DNA from: Firmicutes bacterium UBA2598
GTDB taxonomy: Bacteria > Bacillota > PH28-bin88
Reading direction: 5' to 3'
DNA: 63,300 nt
Assembly: GCA_002339345.1 (NCBI GenBank)
Contig: DDKM01000032.1
Location: 79,259 to 142,558, forward strand
Both the position numbers and the translations under genes were made by a program. The notes beneath the pieces were generated by a model. That model saw only the letters and a program-made list of their open reading frames with translations, did no database searches and was not told the origin of the DNA. Positions 27,694 to 36,287 of this stretch are shown in pieces (the stretch's first letter is position 1; every line of letters starts with the position of its first letter).

Positions 27694-28065
27694 TTGGGAT
27701 ATAAATTTGAGTTCACCTGGCTATTGCGGTTACCGGTGGATGAGTTGCCGGAAGCACCAGGTGAAAAAAGGGGAGAAGGGGAGAATCTCATTCTCTGGAA
27801 GAGATCCAGCGGCAATATTATCCTGGGCTTTTTCCGGGAAGGGCATAAACTGGCCCACCCGGTTGGTATGGACGTGTTGATCGTAACCAAAAGCGAAGAA
27901 ACCATCGGCATTGGACGGATTGTAAAATCAGAAATTTACCAATTGCCGGACGGCTCCATTACCACAGTGGTGGAATTCTCCGTCCGCAGGATGTTCGATC
28001 CCGAGGAGCGCCAGGTCATGACCAGGATTATCAGGGAAATGTATGGAAAAGGCCACCAAAAGTAG
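27694..28065 (+). CDS. Hypothetical protein
   Basis: ORF with an AGGAGGTGA SD. TTG at 27694 has proper spacing, while ATG 27688 is only 2 nt from the SD. No family recognised. Confidence 0.5.
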   Translation: MGYKFEFTWLLRLPVDELPEAPGEKRGEGENLILWKRSSGNIILGFFREGHKLAHPVGMDVLIVTKSEETIGIGRIVKSEIYQLPDGSITTVVEFSVRRMFDPEERQVMTRIIREMYGKGHQK

Positions 28066-28161
28066 GTAATTTATACCATTCTAATGGTATATTGTGCATG
28101 AAATGGGCAAAATAAAGCTACGAACTACCGATCACACTCAACAGGTAGGGAGGTGTAAGAA

Positions 28162-28320
28162 GTGGCCTATGTTTGTCCCCAATGCAGGCGTTCTACCAAG
28201 CTGCCCGATTTCTGTTGCGGCCGGTCCATGGTCAGCCGTGGTAGTTATGTTTGCCCAACCTGCGGCAAAAGCGCCGGAACCCCAGGCACCTGCTGTGACC
28301 AACAAATGTTCCAGGTATAG
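28162..28320 (+). CDS. Cys-rich double zinc-ribbon mini-protein (52 aa), not in the ORF track
   Basis: GTG start 6 nt after a GGGAGGTG SD. It translates to (M)AYVCPQCRRSTKLPDFCCGRSMVSRGSYVCPTCGKSAGTPGTCCDQQMFQV, with an internally duplicated YVCPxC...CC motif. It stops 13 nt before a strong terminator. Confidence 0.6.
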   Translation: MAYVCPQCRRSTKLPDFCCGRSMVSRGSYVCPTCGKSAGTPGTCCDQQMFQV

Positions 28321-28333
28321 GGTCGGCGCCAAG

Positions 28334-28364
28334 CCAGCTTCCTCCTGGAAGCTGGTCCTTTTTT
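28334..28364 (+). terminator. Intrinsic terminator
   Basis: Hairpin CCAGCTTCC-TCCT-GGAAGCTGG followed by TCCTTTTTT. Confidence 0.65.
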
Positions 28365-28411
28365 AAGTCTAAGTTAGTTCATTTTTTGCTTGTGGGAAGG
28401 AGGCAAGGAGG

Positions 28412-29149
28412 TTGGTTACCAATGTGGATTTCCAGATCATGGACGGAGGGCTGCTATCCTTTGCGGATGATATCGTAGCCCCGGAACCCGACATCCGCCA
28501 CCTGCAGGATGCCCTTGCGGTGCTGGCAGACAACGTACCGGTGGAGAAAAACAGACCCCTTTACTACATGTACCGCGGAGTGTTCCGTGATGGCGATCAG
28601 AACACCTTCAACCAACACCAAATCAGGTATGACATTACTGTACTGGTGCCAGGAGCCGTTGGCCGGGAATACATCAAAACCGTCGGTCATTTTCACCCTT
28701 TGAAACCAAATTCCAGCGAGACATTCCCGGAATATTACGAGGTGTTGGCAGGTGAAGCCCTTTACCTCCTCCAGCGCAACAATAAGAGCGGAGAAGTGGA
28801 GGAAATCATGGCAGTGGAGGCCAAGGCGGGAGACAAGGTGTACATTCCTTCCGGTTTCGGACACGTCACCATCAATCCCGGTGAAGGTTACCTGGTAATG
28901 GCCAACCTGATTGAAAAGAATTTTTCCTCCCAGTACGGCCCCTTCCGGGATAAACGGGGTGCAGCGTACTACTATGTCAAGGGTGATAACGGTAAAGGGG
29001 AATTTGTCCGGAACGGCAATTATCATAATTCGGTGGGCCTAAAAATGGTCCCAGCACCCCATCTGCCCCAACCAGTAGAAGCAGTTAAAAACCAGGGGCT
29101 GTATTCAGCCTTTATGGCCGACCCTGCCGCCTTTGCAATCCTGCGGTAG
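28412..29149 (+). CDS. Cupin-type glucose-6-phosphate isomerase family protein
   Basis: Cupin PGI signature TVGHFHP...EYYEVL.GEA...GDKVYIPSGFGHVTINPG. Confidence 0.8.
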   Translation: MVTNVDFQIMDGGLLSFADDIVAPEPDIRHLQDALAVLADNVPVEKNRPLYYMYRGVFRDGDQNTFNQHQIRYDITVLVPGAVGREYIKTVGHFHPLKPNSSETFPEYYEVLAGEALYLLQRNNKSGEVEEIMAVEAKAGDKVYIPSGFGHVTINPGEGYLVMANLIEKNFSSQYGPFRDKRGAAYYYVKGDNGKGEFVRNGNYHNSVGLKMVPAPHLPQPVEAVKNQGLYSAFMADPAAFAILR

Positions 29150-29219
29150 CCCCCAAAAGCCGATTCATACCTGGCGACTGCTCCGGCCATCCCTCAGTAC
29201 GACGGAGGTCGCCTTTTTA

Positions 29220-30506
29220 TTACTGCCCGCCCTGTCCCTGTTGGCCGCCCTGGTCGCCCTGGCTGCCTCCCGCACCCGCCTGGCCCCCTTCTTCCACCTG
29301 AATGCTCTCAATCTCCCCCTTAACCTCTATTTCCATGGTCTTACCATCTTTGGTCTTAATCTTTACCTTGGCTGGCGTCGGGCTGTTGCCCCCCGAGCCG
29401 CCAGAACCACCCTGGCTCCCACCCTGCTGGTTACCACTGCCCTGCTGTCCTTCCCGTTGGCCCTGCCCCCCGCCGCCTTGAGTTATCTCTTTGCCCCACC
29501 GCTGTTCCATCAAGTAGAGGTTTTGACGGTCAATAATCCGCCCCGGCACCAACCGGGCGGGGATGGTATAGTTGCCGCTGTTGATCTGGGTTTCGTATGT
29601 CCACCGCCCCGTTTTGCTCAGTTCCACCGCAGCCTGGTAGGCATACCTGGCCATCAGGTCCGGCCGGGGATCGGCCTCGGCATCGTGGATTCCGGCGGCA
29701 ATGGCCCGAGCCGCCTCCTTACCTGCCCCCATACCAATGGTGGCAAAGGGAGGTTTGCCCTGGCGCAGTAAAACAGCTAAACCCTCCTGGGCAGCCTGTA
29801 CATCCTGCACTACCACCACCTTCACCTGACCGGGAAACTGGTTGACTCCTTCTTCAATTAGCCGGAATACCTGCAAAGCGTTATCCGGTGTCAGAGTGCG
29901 TCGTACTACGGAAACTCCACCAGCAGCGGCCACGGCATTGGCAAAGCCCTCTGCCATTTGCCCGGCCTCATAACCCGGCGGGCCTTCCACCAGTAACACC
30001 TTCCCGCCTGTCCCGCCCGCCAGCCTTACCGCTGTCTTTCCCTGCAGCTCCCCCAGGCGGAAGGCATCCACACCGATATACCCGTCCACCGCCGTATCCT
30101 GTGGCAAGGTGTTTAAGGCCAACACCCGGATGTCCTGTTCCGCCGCCCTTCTTACCACTTCCCCAGCATTGGCGGGGTCAGCCATGTCTATGACCAGCAC
30201 CTTCACCTTCTGTTTGAACATTTCCTCAATATGTTTCTCCTGGGCGGCAGCATCACCCCGGGCATCCTTCCAACTGATGATGACATTGTCCTTGCGCTGG
30301 TTCTGTTCCATTTCCTTCTGCATCAACTTGGCGGAATCGGCATCCAGGTTGGCTACACTCACCCCGATCCTGGCCGGCGGCGGCAGGGGTTTTTCCTGGG
30401 GTTTGCCGGGACACCCAGTAAGCATAAAAACTGCCACAATCATCAATCCTATCCAGCCCATGAACCATAACCTTCTCAATTTAATGGCCCTCCCTATAGC
30501 ATCCAC
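29220..30506 (-). CDS. Periplasmic-binding-protein type I (sugar-binding-like) lipoprotein with Gly/Gln-rich C-terminal tail
   Basis: Lipobox MLTGC and a PBP1 fold pattern (IGVSVANLD..., VLVIDMADP, GYIGVD). The last ~90 aa are GGGGQGQREGQQGSGNQQGG...-type low complexity around a short beta-like KVKIKTKDGKTMEIEVKGEIESIQV segment. No ABC permease or ATPase gene is nearby. Confidence 0.75.
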   Translation of the reverse strand: MDAIGRAIKLRRLWFMGWIGLMIVAVFMLTGCPGKPQEKPLPPPARIGVSVANLDADSAKLMQKEMEQNQRKDNVIISWKDARGDAAAQEKHIEEMFKQKVKVLVIDMADPANAGEVVRRAAEQDIRVLALNTLPQDTAVDGYIGVDAFRLGELQGKTAVRLAGGTGGKVLLVEGPPGYEAGQMAEGFANAVAAAGGVSVVRRTLTPDNALQVFRLIEEGVNQFPGQVKVVVVQDVQAAQEGLAVLLRQGKPPFATIGMGAGKEAARAIAAGIHDAEADPRPDLMARYAYQAAVELSKTGRWTYETQINSGNYTIPARLVPGRIIDRQNLYLMEQRWGKEITQGGGGQGQREGQQGSGNQQGGSQGGSGGSGGNSPTPAKVKIKTKDGKTMEIEVKGEIESIQVEEGGQAGAGGSQGDQGGQQGQGGQ

Positions 30507-30606
30507 TAACAGTTAGTATCCTACATTTATGGGATTCTATGTCCTTAATGGTCTAAAAAGCCATGATGCTGGTAATTAATAGGTATAGGGCAAGGAGGTT
30601 TTGAGT

Positions 30607-30795
30607 ATGGGCAAGGAAAAGACCGGGAAGAAGGGTTCCACAAAAACCGCATCTCCCGGCCGTAAGAACACACAAAGGGATTTGCCCCTGTACCTGTCCC
30701 AGGGGCTAACCTTGAAAGGATTGCTGGAAATGACCAACATCCACGGGCAGCATAACAACCGCATCCGGCGGCTGGAGCAAAGACTTGGCAGATAG
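30607..30795 (+). CDS. Small basic hypothetical protein (62 aa)
   Basis: ATG lies 8 nt after an AAGGAGG SD. Sequence begins MGKEKTGKKGSTKTASPGRKNTQRDLPLYLSQGLTLKGLLEM... No family recognised. Confidence 0.5.
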   Translation: MGKEKTGKKGSTKTASPGRKNTQRDLPLYLSQGLTLKGLLEMTNIHGQHNNRIRRLEQRLGR

Positions 30796-30799
30796 AGGC

Positions 30800-31912
30800 C
30801 TATTGGGAAAGGGCCTGGCGTATCTCCTGGCCTACCCTTGTATCCGGTTCACCCCCCAACACCCGTTCCAGTGTTTGCCTCGCGGCTTTACCGCCAATCC
30901 GGCCCAGGGCCCATGCGACATGGCCGCGAATTAACGGATTGGGATCTGCCAAAGCCTGTTGCAACACCGGCACAGCTGCGGGATCCCCCAGATTGCCCAG
31001 GGCCACTGCCGCGTTGCGCCGTAAAACCTGCCGGCCCCGCCAGGCAAAGGCGGTATGTCCCCACAGTTTTGCAAACTCCCCCTTTGCACACCCTAAAACG
31101 GCGGCCGGCCCCGGTATGGCAGGCACACCAGTTGGCAAGCACTCCGGTGTACCAGCGGGAATATGGATGTCTGAATCCCGGGCAGATGGTAGTGCCCTGT
31201 TCACGGGGCAAACTTCCTGGCAGGTGTCACAGCCATATATCCGCACTCCCAAGGCATGACGAAATTCCACAGGCAGCCAGCCCTTGGTCTGGGTCAGGTA
31301 GGAAAGGCAGCGACTGGCATCCAACCTGCCGGGTGCCACCAGTGCCCCAGTGGGGCAGGCGGCCCGGCAAGCGTCACACCCGTGACATTCTGAAGGGACA
31401 GGCACATCAGGTTCCAGTTCCACATCGGTCACCAGTTCACCCAGTGATACCCAGGATCCCAGGCCGGGGGCATGCAGTAGGCAATTATGCCCCACCCAAC
31501 CCAGACCAGCCCGCCATGCCGCCGTCCTGTCCACCAATGGTCCAGTATCCGCCATGGCCTTCCATCCGGCATTGGGATAGTGCTTGGTGATGAAGTGGCC
31601 GAGCTTTTCCAGGGCTCCCGTTACCCTGTGATGATAGTCGTAGCCGTGGGCAAAACGGGCCACACCGCTGCCCGGCGCGTCCGGCGGGGGTTGCCAAAGG
31701 CCCACTGCCACCACCGTTTTTGCCCCTGGCAGGATCAGCCGGGGGTCATAGCGGGCAGGGTCATCCACCTGCACAAAGGGCACCATTAGCCCTCTTTTTT
31801 GATAGTCTTCCACCGTCTCTATCGCTTCCGTGAAGGGATGGGCGGCGGTCGCCCCAACCAGCGGTATACCCTGCTGTCGGGCATATTCCTTCAACCTCCT
31901 GGTGAAGGACAC
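30800..31912 (-). CDS. queG: tRNA epoxyqueuosine(34) reductase
   Basis: N-terminal QueG domain, two ferredoxin-type Cys clusters (CHGCDACRAACP; CDTCQEVCP) and a C-terminal HEAT-like repeat. Confidence 0.9.
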   Translation of the reverse strand: MSFTRRLKEYARQQGIPLVGATAAHPFTEAIETVEDYQKRGLMVPFVQVDDPARYDPRLILPGAKTVVAVGLWQPPPDAPGSGVARFAHGYDYHHRVTGALEKLGHFITKHYPNAGWKAMADTGPLVDRTAAWRAGLGWVGHNCLLHAPGLGSWVSLGELVTDVELEPDVPVPSECHGCDACRAACPTGALVAPGRLDASRCLSYLTQTKGWLPVEFRHALGVRIYGCDTCQEVCPVNRALPSARDSDIHIPAGTPECLPTGVPAIPGPAAVLGCAKGEFAKLWGHTAFAWRGRQVLRRNAAVALGNLGDPAAVPVLQQALADPNPLIRGHVAWALGRIGGKAARQTLERVLGGEPDTRVGQEIRQALSQ

Positions 31913-31956
31913 CTGTTCTACCCCCCGATGAAAAAGATAGCACCCAAAGGGTGCTC

Positions 31957-32988
31957 CTAAAGCTCCGTCTCCATGCGGGCTTTAAGCACCCCTTGAATCA
32001 AGTCGGTACCAATTACCCGCTCAAAGTCCCGCCATACCGGCATCAAAGCCCTGCGCCATTCATCCCTCTCCCGGGGAGTCAAATGGTAAATGACGCTGGT
32101 GCCTTCCCGCCGGATCCATTCCAAATCTTGCTGGTTGTATTCCCTGGCCACCTCCCGTTCCCACTGGGTGACCTCGGCCATGGTTTCCTCCAGGATAACC
32201 CTGATATCCCTCGGCAGGCTTTCCCAAAAGGAACGGTTGACCAGTACCACATAGCCAATGTAGCCGTGATTGCTGACGGTGATATGGGACTGGCGCTCGT
32301 GGAATCTCTTACTGAACAGATTGGAGGGCGGGTTTTCCAGCCCATCCACCAGACCCTGTTCCAGTGCACCGTAAACCTGGTCAAAGGAAAAGACGATGGG
32401 TACAGCGCCCAACCTGGAAAACTGGGCCGCCAGCACCTTGCTGGGCATAATCCTAAACCTTAACCCGCGGAAGTCCTCCACCCTGCGCAGGGGTTTATTG
32501 GCGCTCATTACCTTAAAACCATTTTCCCAGATCGCCAAACCCAGCATGTTCTTGCTTTCCAGCAGGGCTAACAGCTGGGTACCCACCGGCCCGTCAAAGG
32601 TTCGCCGCACATCTTCGTAGTTATTGAATAAAAAAGGGAGGTCCAGCAACTGCCATTGGGGGAACAGGTCACTGATCTTGGATGTGGCGGGGGCAATCAT
32701 CTGCACATTGCCCTCCAGCAGGGCATCCATTTCCTCCCCGTCCTTGTACAGGACAGAATTTGGGTACACCTGCACCTCCACCCTGCCGCCGGTGCGCTCC
32801 TTCACCAGTTTGGCATACCGCTGGGCAGCCAAACCCTTGGGCGTGTTTTCCGCCACCACATGGGAAAATTTGATGACAATGCGCTCCTCCTTACTAACCT
32901 GTTCATAATCCCAGGCCCGCCCCCCGCACCCGACCCCCAGCAGCGCCAATAAGGCCAGCAGCAATAATATTGCCACTGAGTATTTCAT
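31957..32988 (-). CDS. TRAP-type (DctP-family) solute-binding lipoprotein, DctB-like
   Basis: DctP-family collinearity and the lipobox LLGVGCGG. Start reset to ATG 32988 (MKYSVAILLL); the SD is weak, so the start is approximate. Confidence 0.8.
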   Translation of the reverse strand: MKYSVAILLLLALLALLGVGCGGRAWDYEQVSKEERIVIKFSHVVAENTPKGLAAQRYAKLVKERTGGRVEVQVYPNSVLYKDGEEMDALLEGNVQMIAPATSKISDLFPQWQLLDLPFLFNNYEDVRRTFDGPVGTQLLALLESKNMLGLAIWENGFKVMSANKPLRRVEDFRGLRFRIMPSKVLAAQFSRLGAVPIVFSFDQVYGALEQGLVDGLENPPSNLFSKRFHERQSHITVSNHGYIGYVVLVNRSFWESLPRDIRVILEETMAEVTQWEREVAREYNQQDLEWIRREGTSVIYHLTPRERDEWRRALMPVWRDFERVIGTDLIQGVLKARMETEL

Positions 32989-33049
32989 GTGATATCTGAG
33001 CATTCGAAAAATGCCGTTTTTCCAGTGCAATGATGTTCCCACCCTGTCT

Positions 33050-33724
33050 CTAGTGCCAAAAATAACGGTTAACCGGTCTGCCCACCGACCCATACTGGAC
33101 CTCCAACCGGATTTGGTTAGTTTTTTCTAGATAATCAAGGTAGCGCCGGGCAGTTACCCGCGACAGCCCCACCCCTTCAGCCACCTCTTCGGCGGAAAAA
33201 CCCCGCTGTTTATCTTTCGAGAGAAAAAGCAGCACCTGTTTCATGGTTACCTCCGTCAGACCCTTGGGCAGGATACTGATCCCCCTCATCTTGGCAGGTC
33301 CGATAGCATCAATATCCTCCTGTTCCAGGGATGCTTTGCCCCGGAATTTGTCCCGCAGGCTACGGTAATTTTCCAGGGCGTTTTTGATCCTTTCAAACCG
33401 AAATGGTTTCACAACATAGTCCACCGCCCCATAGCGGAAAGCTTCCCTAATACTATCCACATCCCGGGCCGCCGTAACTACAATTACGTCAGCCGGCAGG
33501 TGGCGGCGGCGAATTTCCTGTAGAGTGGCCAGACCATCCAAATCCGGCAAGAAAACATCCAACACCACCAGGTCAGGGACCAAATCCTCCACCATCTTCA
33601 GGGCAGCAAAGCCGGTTTCCGCCCTGCCCACAATGGTAAAGCCTCCAACATCCTCAATATATTGACAATTGACATCCATTACCATGGGATCATCTTCCAC
33701 TACCACAGTCCTAATGGACTGCAT
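33050..33724 (-). CDS. CitB/DcuR-family response regulator
   Basis: REC domain (VVVEDDP, VLDVFLPDLDG, VKP) plus a C-terminal HTH. Start reset to ATG 33724, behind a GGAGGAGGTG SD. It overlaps the kinase stop. Confidence 0.88.
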   Translation of the reverse strand: MQSIRTVVVEDDPMVMDVNCQYIEDVGGFTIVGRAETGFAALKMVEDLVPDLVVLDVFLPDLDGLATLQEIRRRHLPADVIVVTAARDVDSIREAFRYGAVDYVVKPFRFERIKNALENYRSLRDKFRGKASLEQEDIDAIGPAKMRGISILPKGLTEVTMKQVLLFLSKDKQRGFSAEEVAEGVGLSRVTARRYLDYLEKTNQIRLEVQYGSVGRPVNRYFWH

Positions 33725-35306
33725 CTGTCTCACCTCCTCCAAACTGTACCGGTAGAACAATTTCCACTGTGGTACCGTCTTGCCCGGTTTGCAGGGTAAT
33801 GGTCCCCCCGGCCATTTCCACATACTCCCGGACCAGCGACATGCCAAAACCCCGGCCACTCCCCTTGGTGGAAAAACCCCGCTGAAAAACCCTATGCCGA
33901 ATTTCCGGTAAAATACCCCTCCCGGAATCCGCCACCATGATCCTGATGCTGGTGCCATCCTGCATAATCGCACAACGAATTTTCCGCCGGTCTGCCGGTA
34001 GCCCCTGCACCTCCTCCATGGCGTTCTCCAACAAATTCCCCAAAATGAGCACCATGGCGTTGCTGTCCAAGTTGCTGGGCAAGGTGGTCAGCCTGCTGTT
34101 CCGGTCAATTTCCATCTCGATATGCAATTCCTTAGCCCTGCTATATTTCCCCAGGAGGATCCCCGCCACGCTGTAGTCTTTGATCCGCCCGGATAAAAAC
34201 CTGGTCAATTCTTCCTGTTCCTCAGTCACCTCAAATATATAGTCCAGGGCCTGGTCATACCTCTTTAGCTGGATCAATCCCGCAATGGTGTGCATTTTGT
34301 TCATATGCTCGTGGCTTTGCACCCTTAAGGCCTCAATGAATTTTTTTACCCCCGTCAACTCCTCCGCCAGCTTGGACATGTCCGTTTTATCACGGAAGAT
34401 AGCCACCGCACCCACTATCTCCTTGCCCACCATGATGGGAAAGCGATTGACCAGTACCGCCGTCCGGTTCAGAATCCGCTCCCGGTCGTATTCGGCGGTA
34501 CCGGTAGTAGCGGTGTGGGGCAGCCTGGTATCCGGGTCCACCGTATGAATGGGACGCCCGATGACATCATCCCCCACCTCCAGGATCCGTTTGGCCACAT
34601 CATTGACAATGGTAATGCGATGTTCCCGGTCGATGGCAATAATGCCCTCCCCGATGGATTGAAAAACCGCCGCTCGCTCCTCCAGCATGCGGGCAATCTC
34701 TTCCGGCTCCATGTTGAACATGGTCCGCTTGATGTTCCTGGCCAAAAAGACCGATCCCAGTAAACCCACCACCAGACCGGCCAGCAGGGAAAGATAGAGC
34801 TGCATACGCACATCAAAAACCATGCGGTAATAGGTGGGGGTAAGGATGCCCACCACCACAACACCCACCTGCTTTGTTCCCTCATTGGTCTTGATGGGGA
34901 CAAAGGCCCGTACCGATGGGCCCAACACCCCTTCCGCCCGGGAGATGTATTCATGGTTAGCCAGTGCCCGGTATTCATCCCCACCCTCAAAGACTTGTCC
35001 GATGTATTGTTGCACCGGATGGGAGTAGCGAATCCTTTGCATATCGAAAATCACAATATATTCCACATTAGTAGCCAGCCTAATCCGTTCGGCGATGGGC
35101 TGAATAACCTCCGCCCCACCGGGTTTTCCCACCGCATTTTGAATCTCTTCCATTTGGGCCAGGGTCCGGGCAATGGCCATGGCCCTGGCCCCTATTTCCG
35201 CCTCGGTATCCCGGACAAAGCTCTCCACCAAAAAGGTGCCGCCGATGAGTACGGCGATGAACACTAGGCCAAAGGACAGGAGGGTGATCTTAGTCTGAAT
35301 CCGCAT
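33711..35306 (-). CDS. DcuS/CitA-family sensor histidine kinase
   Basis: Two TM segments flank a periplasmic PAS-like domain, followed by a cytoplasmic PAS, the H-box SHEHMNKMHTI and the ATPase N/G boxes. Start at ATG 35306 (MRIQTKITLLSF) fits the family N-terminus. Confidence 0.88.
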   Translation of the reverse strand: MRIQTKITLLSFGLVFIAVLIGGTFLVESFVRDTEAEIGARAMAIARTLAQMEEIQNAVGKPGGAEVIQPIAERIRLATNVEYIVIFDMQRIRYSHPVQQYIGQVFEGGDEYRALANHEYISRAEGVLGPSVRAFVPIKTNEGTKQVGVVVVGILTPTYYRMVFDVRMQLYLSLLAGLVVGLLGSVFLARNIKRTMFNMEPEEIARMLEERAAVFQSIGEGIIAIDREHRITIVNDVAKRILEVGDDVIGRPIHTVDPDTRLPHTATTGTAEYDRERILNRTAVLVNRFPIMVGKEIVGAVAIFRDKTDMSKLAEELTGVKKFIEALRVQSHEHMNKMHTIAGLIQLKRYDQALDYIFEVTEEQEELTRFLSGRIKDYSVAGILLGKYSRAKELHIEMEIDRNSRLTTLPSNLDSNAMVLILGNLLENAMEEVQGLPADRRKIRCAIMQDGTSIRIMVADSGRGILPEIRHRVFQRGFSTKGSGRGFGMSLVREYVEMAGGTITLQTGQDGTTVEIVLPVQFGGGETDAVH

Positions 35307-35490
35307 CGGTTTTGCTCGCCTGGCCAAACAGACCCCCTCTTCCCTGCTGAAATCCATTGGGTGCCGTTTACATAAATATTCGACAGCCCGTAAGGGTTTC
35401 CTTTTAGAAGAGCTTGACAGGCATTAGTGGAAAGGGCAAGACAAGAATAGTTACTGATGACAACCGACCTGCCTTATATCTGTACCATCA

Positions 35491-35518
35491 AACAAAAAAA
35501 CCTCCCCCTGTGGGAGGC
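35491..35518 (-). terminator. Intrinsic terminator
   Basis: Minus strand reads CCTCCC-ACAGG-GGGAGG followed by TTTTTTTGTTT. It lies about 190 nt downstream of the stop at 35711. Confidence 0.6.
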
Positions 35519-35710
35519 TTACATCACGGGTTTAATATGAAGCCTGACAGATTTTGCTGCGGCACCCCCTCATCCATGACCTGGTGGAAATGGATTTCGG
35601 CCAGGGAAAACTGGAAGGTGGCCCCATCCGGCCGGTATATCCATCCGGTAGCGGAAGATAACCGGCTTTTCTTACAGCAGATCCACAAGAAAAAGTAAGA
35701 TCAGAGCAGA

Positions 35711-35983
35711 TCATGGTTCCACCAGGGCGACCTCCACCCGCTGATCCCGCCCACACATGGGACAAGCCAACAAATGCTGGCAAAGCCCGTCCCGGTGCGT
35801 CTGGGCAGGTCTCAGGCCGGTTTCCCCCACCGGTGCCGGCAACAGATCCGCCTCGTCATAGGGGCTATAGGGGCCGAAAAATCCGCTGACCGGACCCCGG
35901 TCCGTCATCATTCCACCGCATACCGGGCAGGCCACGGTAATGCCGGCTAGCCCATTGCAGGCAGGGCACACCCGTTCCCCCAC
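35711..35983 (-). CDS. Cys-rich hypothetical protein (90 aa)
   Basis: GTG start lies 2 nt after the stop of the upstream mini-ORF. Motifs are CPACNG...CPVCGG at the N-terminus and CQHLLACPMCG at the C-terminus. Confidence 0.55.
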   Translation of the reverse strand: MGERVCPACNGLAGITVACPVCGGMMTDRGPVSGFFGPYSPYDEADLLPAPVGETGLRPAQTHRDGLCQHLLACPMCGRDQRVEVALVEP

Positions 35984-35985
35984 CG

Positions 35986-36135
35986 TTAAAAACCTTCATC
36001 CGAAGCATCCACAACCCGACAACTGTCAACAGTACAGTACTGACCACAACCGGGACAGATGCCGCTGCTTTCTTCCACTGCAAACATCCGGCCGCAGTTA
36101 CGACACTTGAAACTCTGTTTGGCATTATCCGCCAT
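35986..36135 (-). CDS. Zinc-ribbon mini-protein (49 aa), not in the ORF track
   Basis: Translates to MADNAKQSFKCRNCGRMFAVEESSGICPGCGQYCTVDSCRVVDASDEGF, with two CxxC knuckles plus two more Cys. No clear SD upstream, hence moderate confidence. Confidence 0.5.
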   Translation of the reverse strand: MADNAKQSFKCRNCGRMFAVEESSGICPGCGQYCTVDSCRVVDASDEGF

Positions 36136-36239
36136 AGATCTAGTCAATTGAAACCGCCCCCAATGGATTTTTCCCTCTTTATCCTACCTCCGGCCAAGCC
36201 AGCCTATTCCCAGCACTACTTCCCCGGCCCACCCAAAAT

Positions 36240-36264
36240 ATAAACCCCGGCAGGCCGGGGTTTT
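36240..36264 (-). terminator. Hairpin terminator (usable in both directions)
   Basis: CCCCGGC-AG-GCCGGGG is flanked by A-runs and T-runs. On the minus strand it is followed by TTTATATTTT, after the yjcZ-like gene. Confidence 0.55.
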
Positions 36265-36287
36265 AGAGCAATGGCGGTTGGCAAGTT

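Noticed and set aside
28094-28366. 90-aa track ORF (MHEMGKIKL...).
   Set aside because: It runs straight through the terminator hairpin at 28334-28364 and has no SD. It overlaps a better-supported Cys-rich frame with a strong SD and an internally duplicated zinc-ribbon motif.
29220-29480. Repetitive GGN/CAG-rich DNA as a possible CRISPR or microsatellite array.
   Set aside because: It is the coding sequence of the Gly/Gln-rich tail of the binding lipoprotein. It has no repeat-spacer periodicity and no cas genes.
35414-35698. 94-aa plus-strand ORF between the sensor kinase and the Cys-rich genes.
   Set aside because: It has no SD, odd composition, and lies across a minus-strand terminator. 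It sits in the unresolved 3' tail discussed in the findings.
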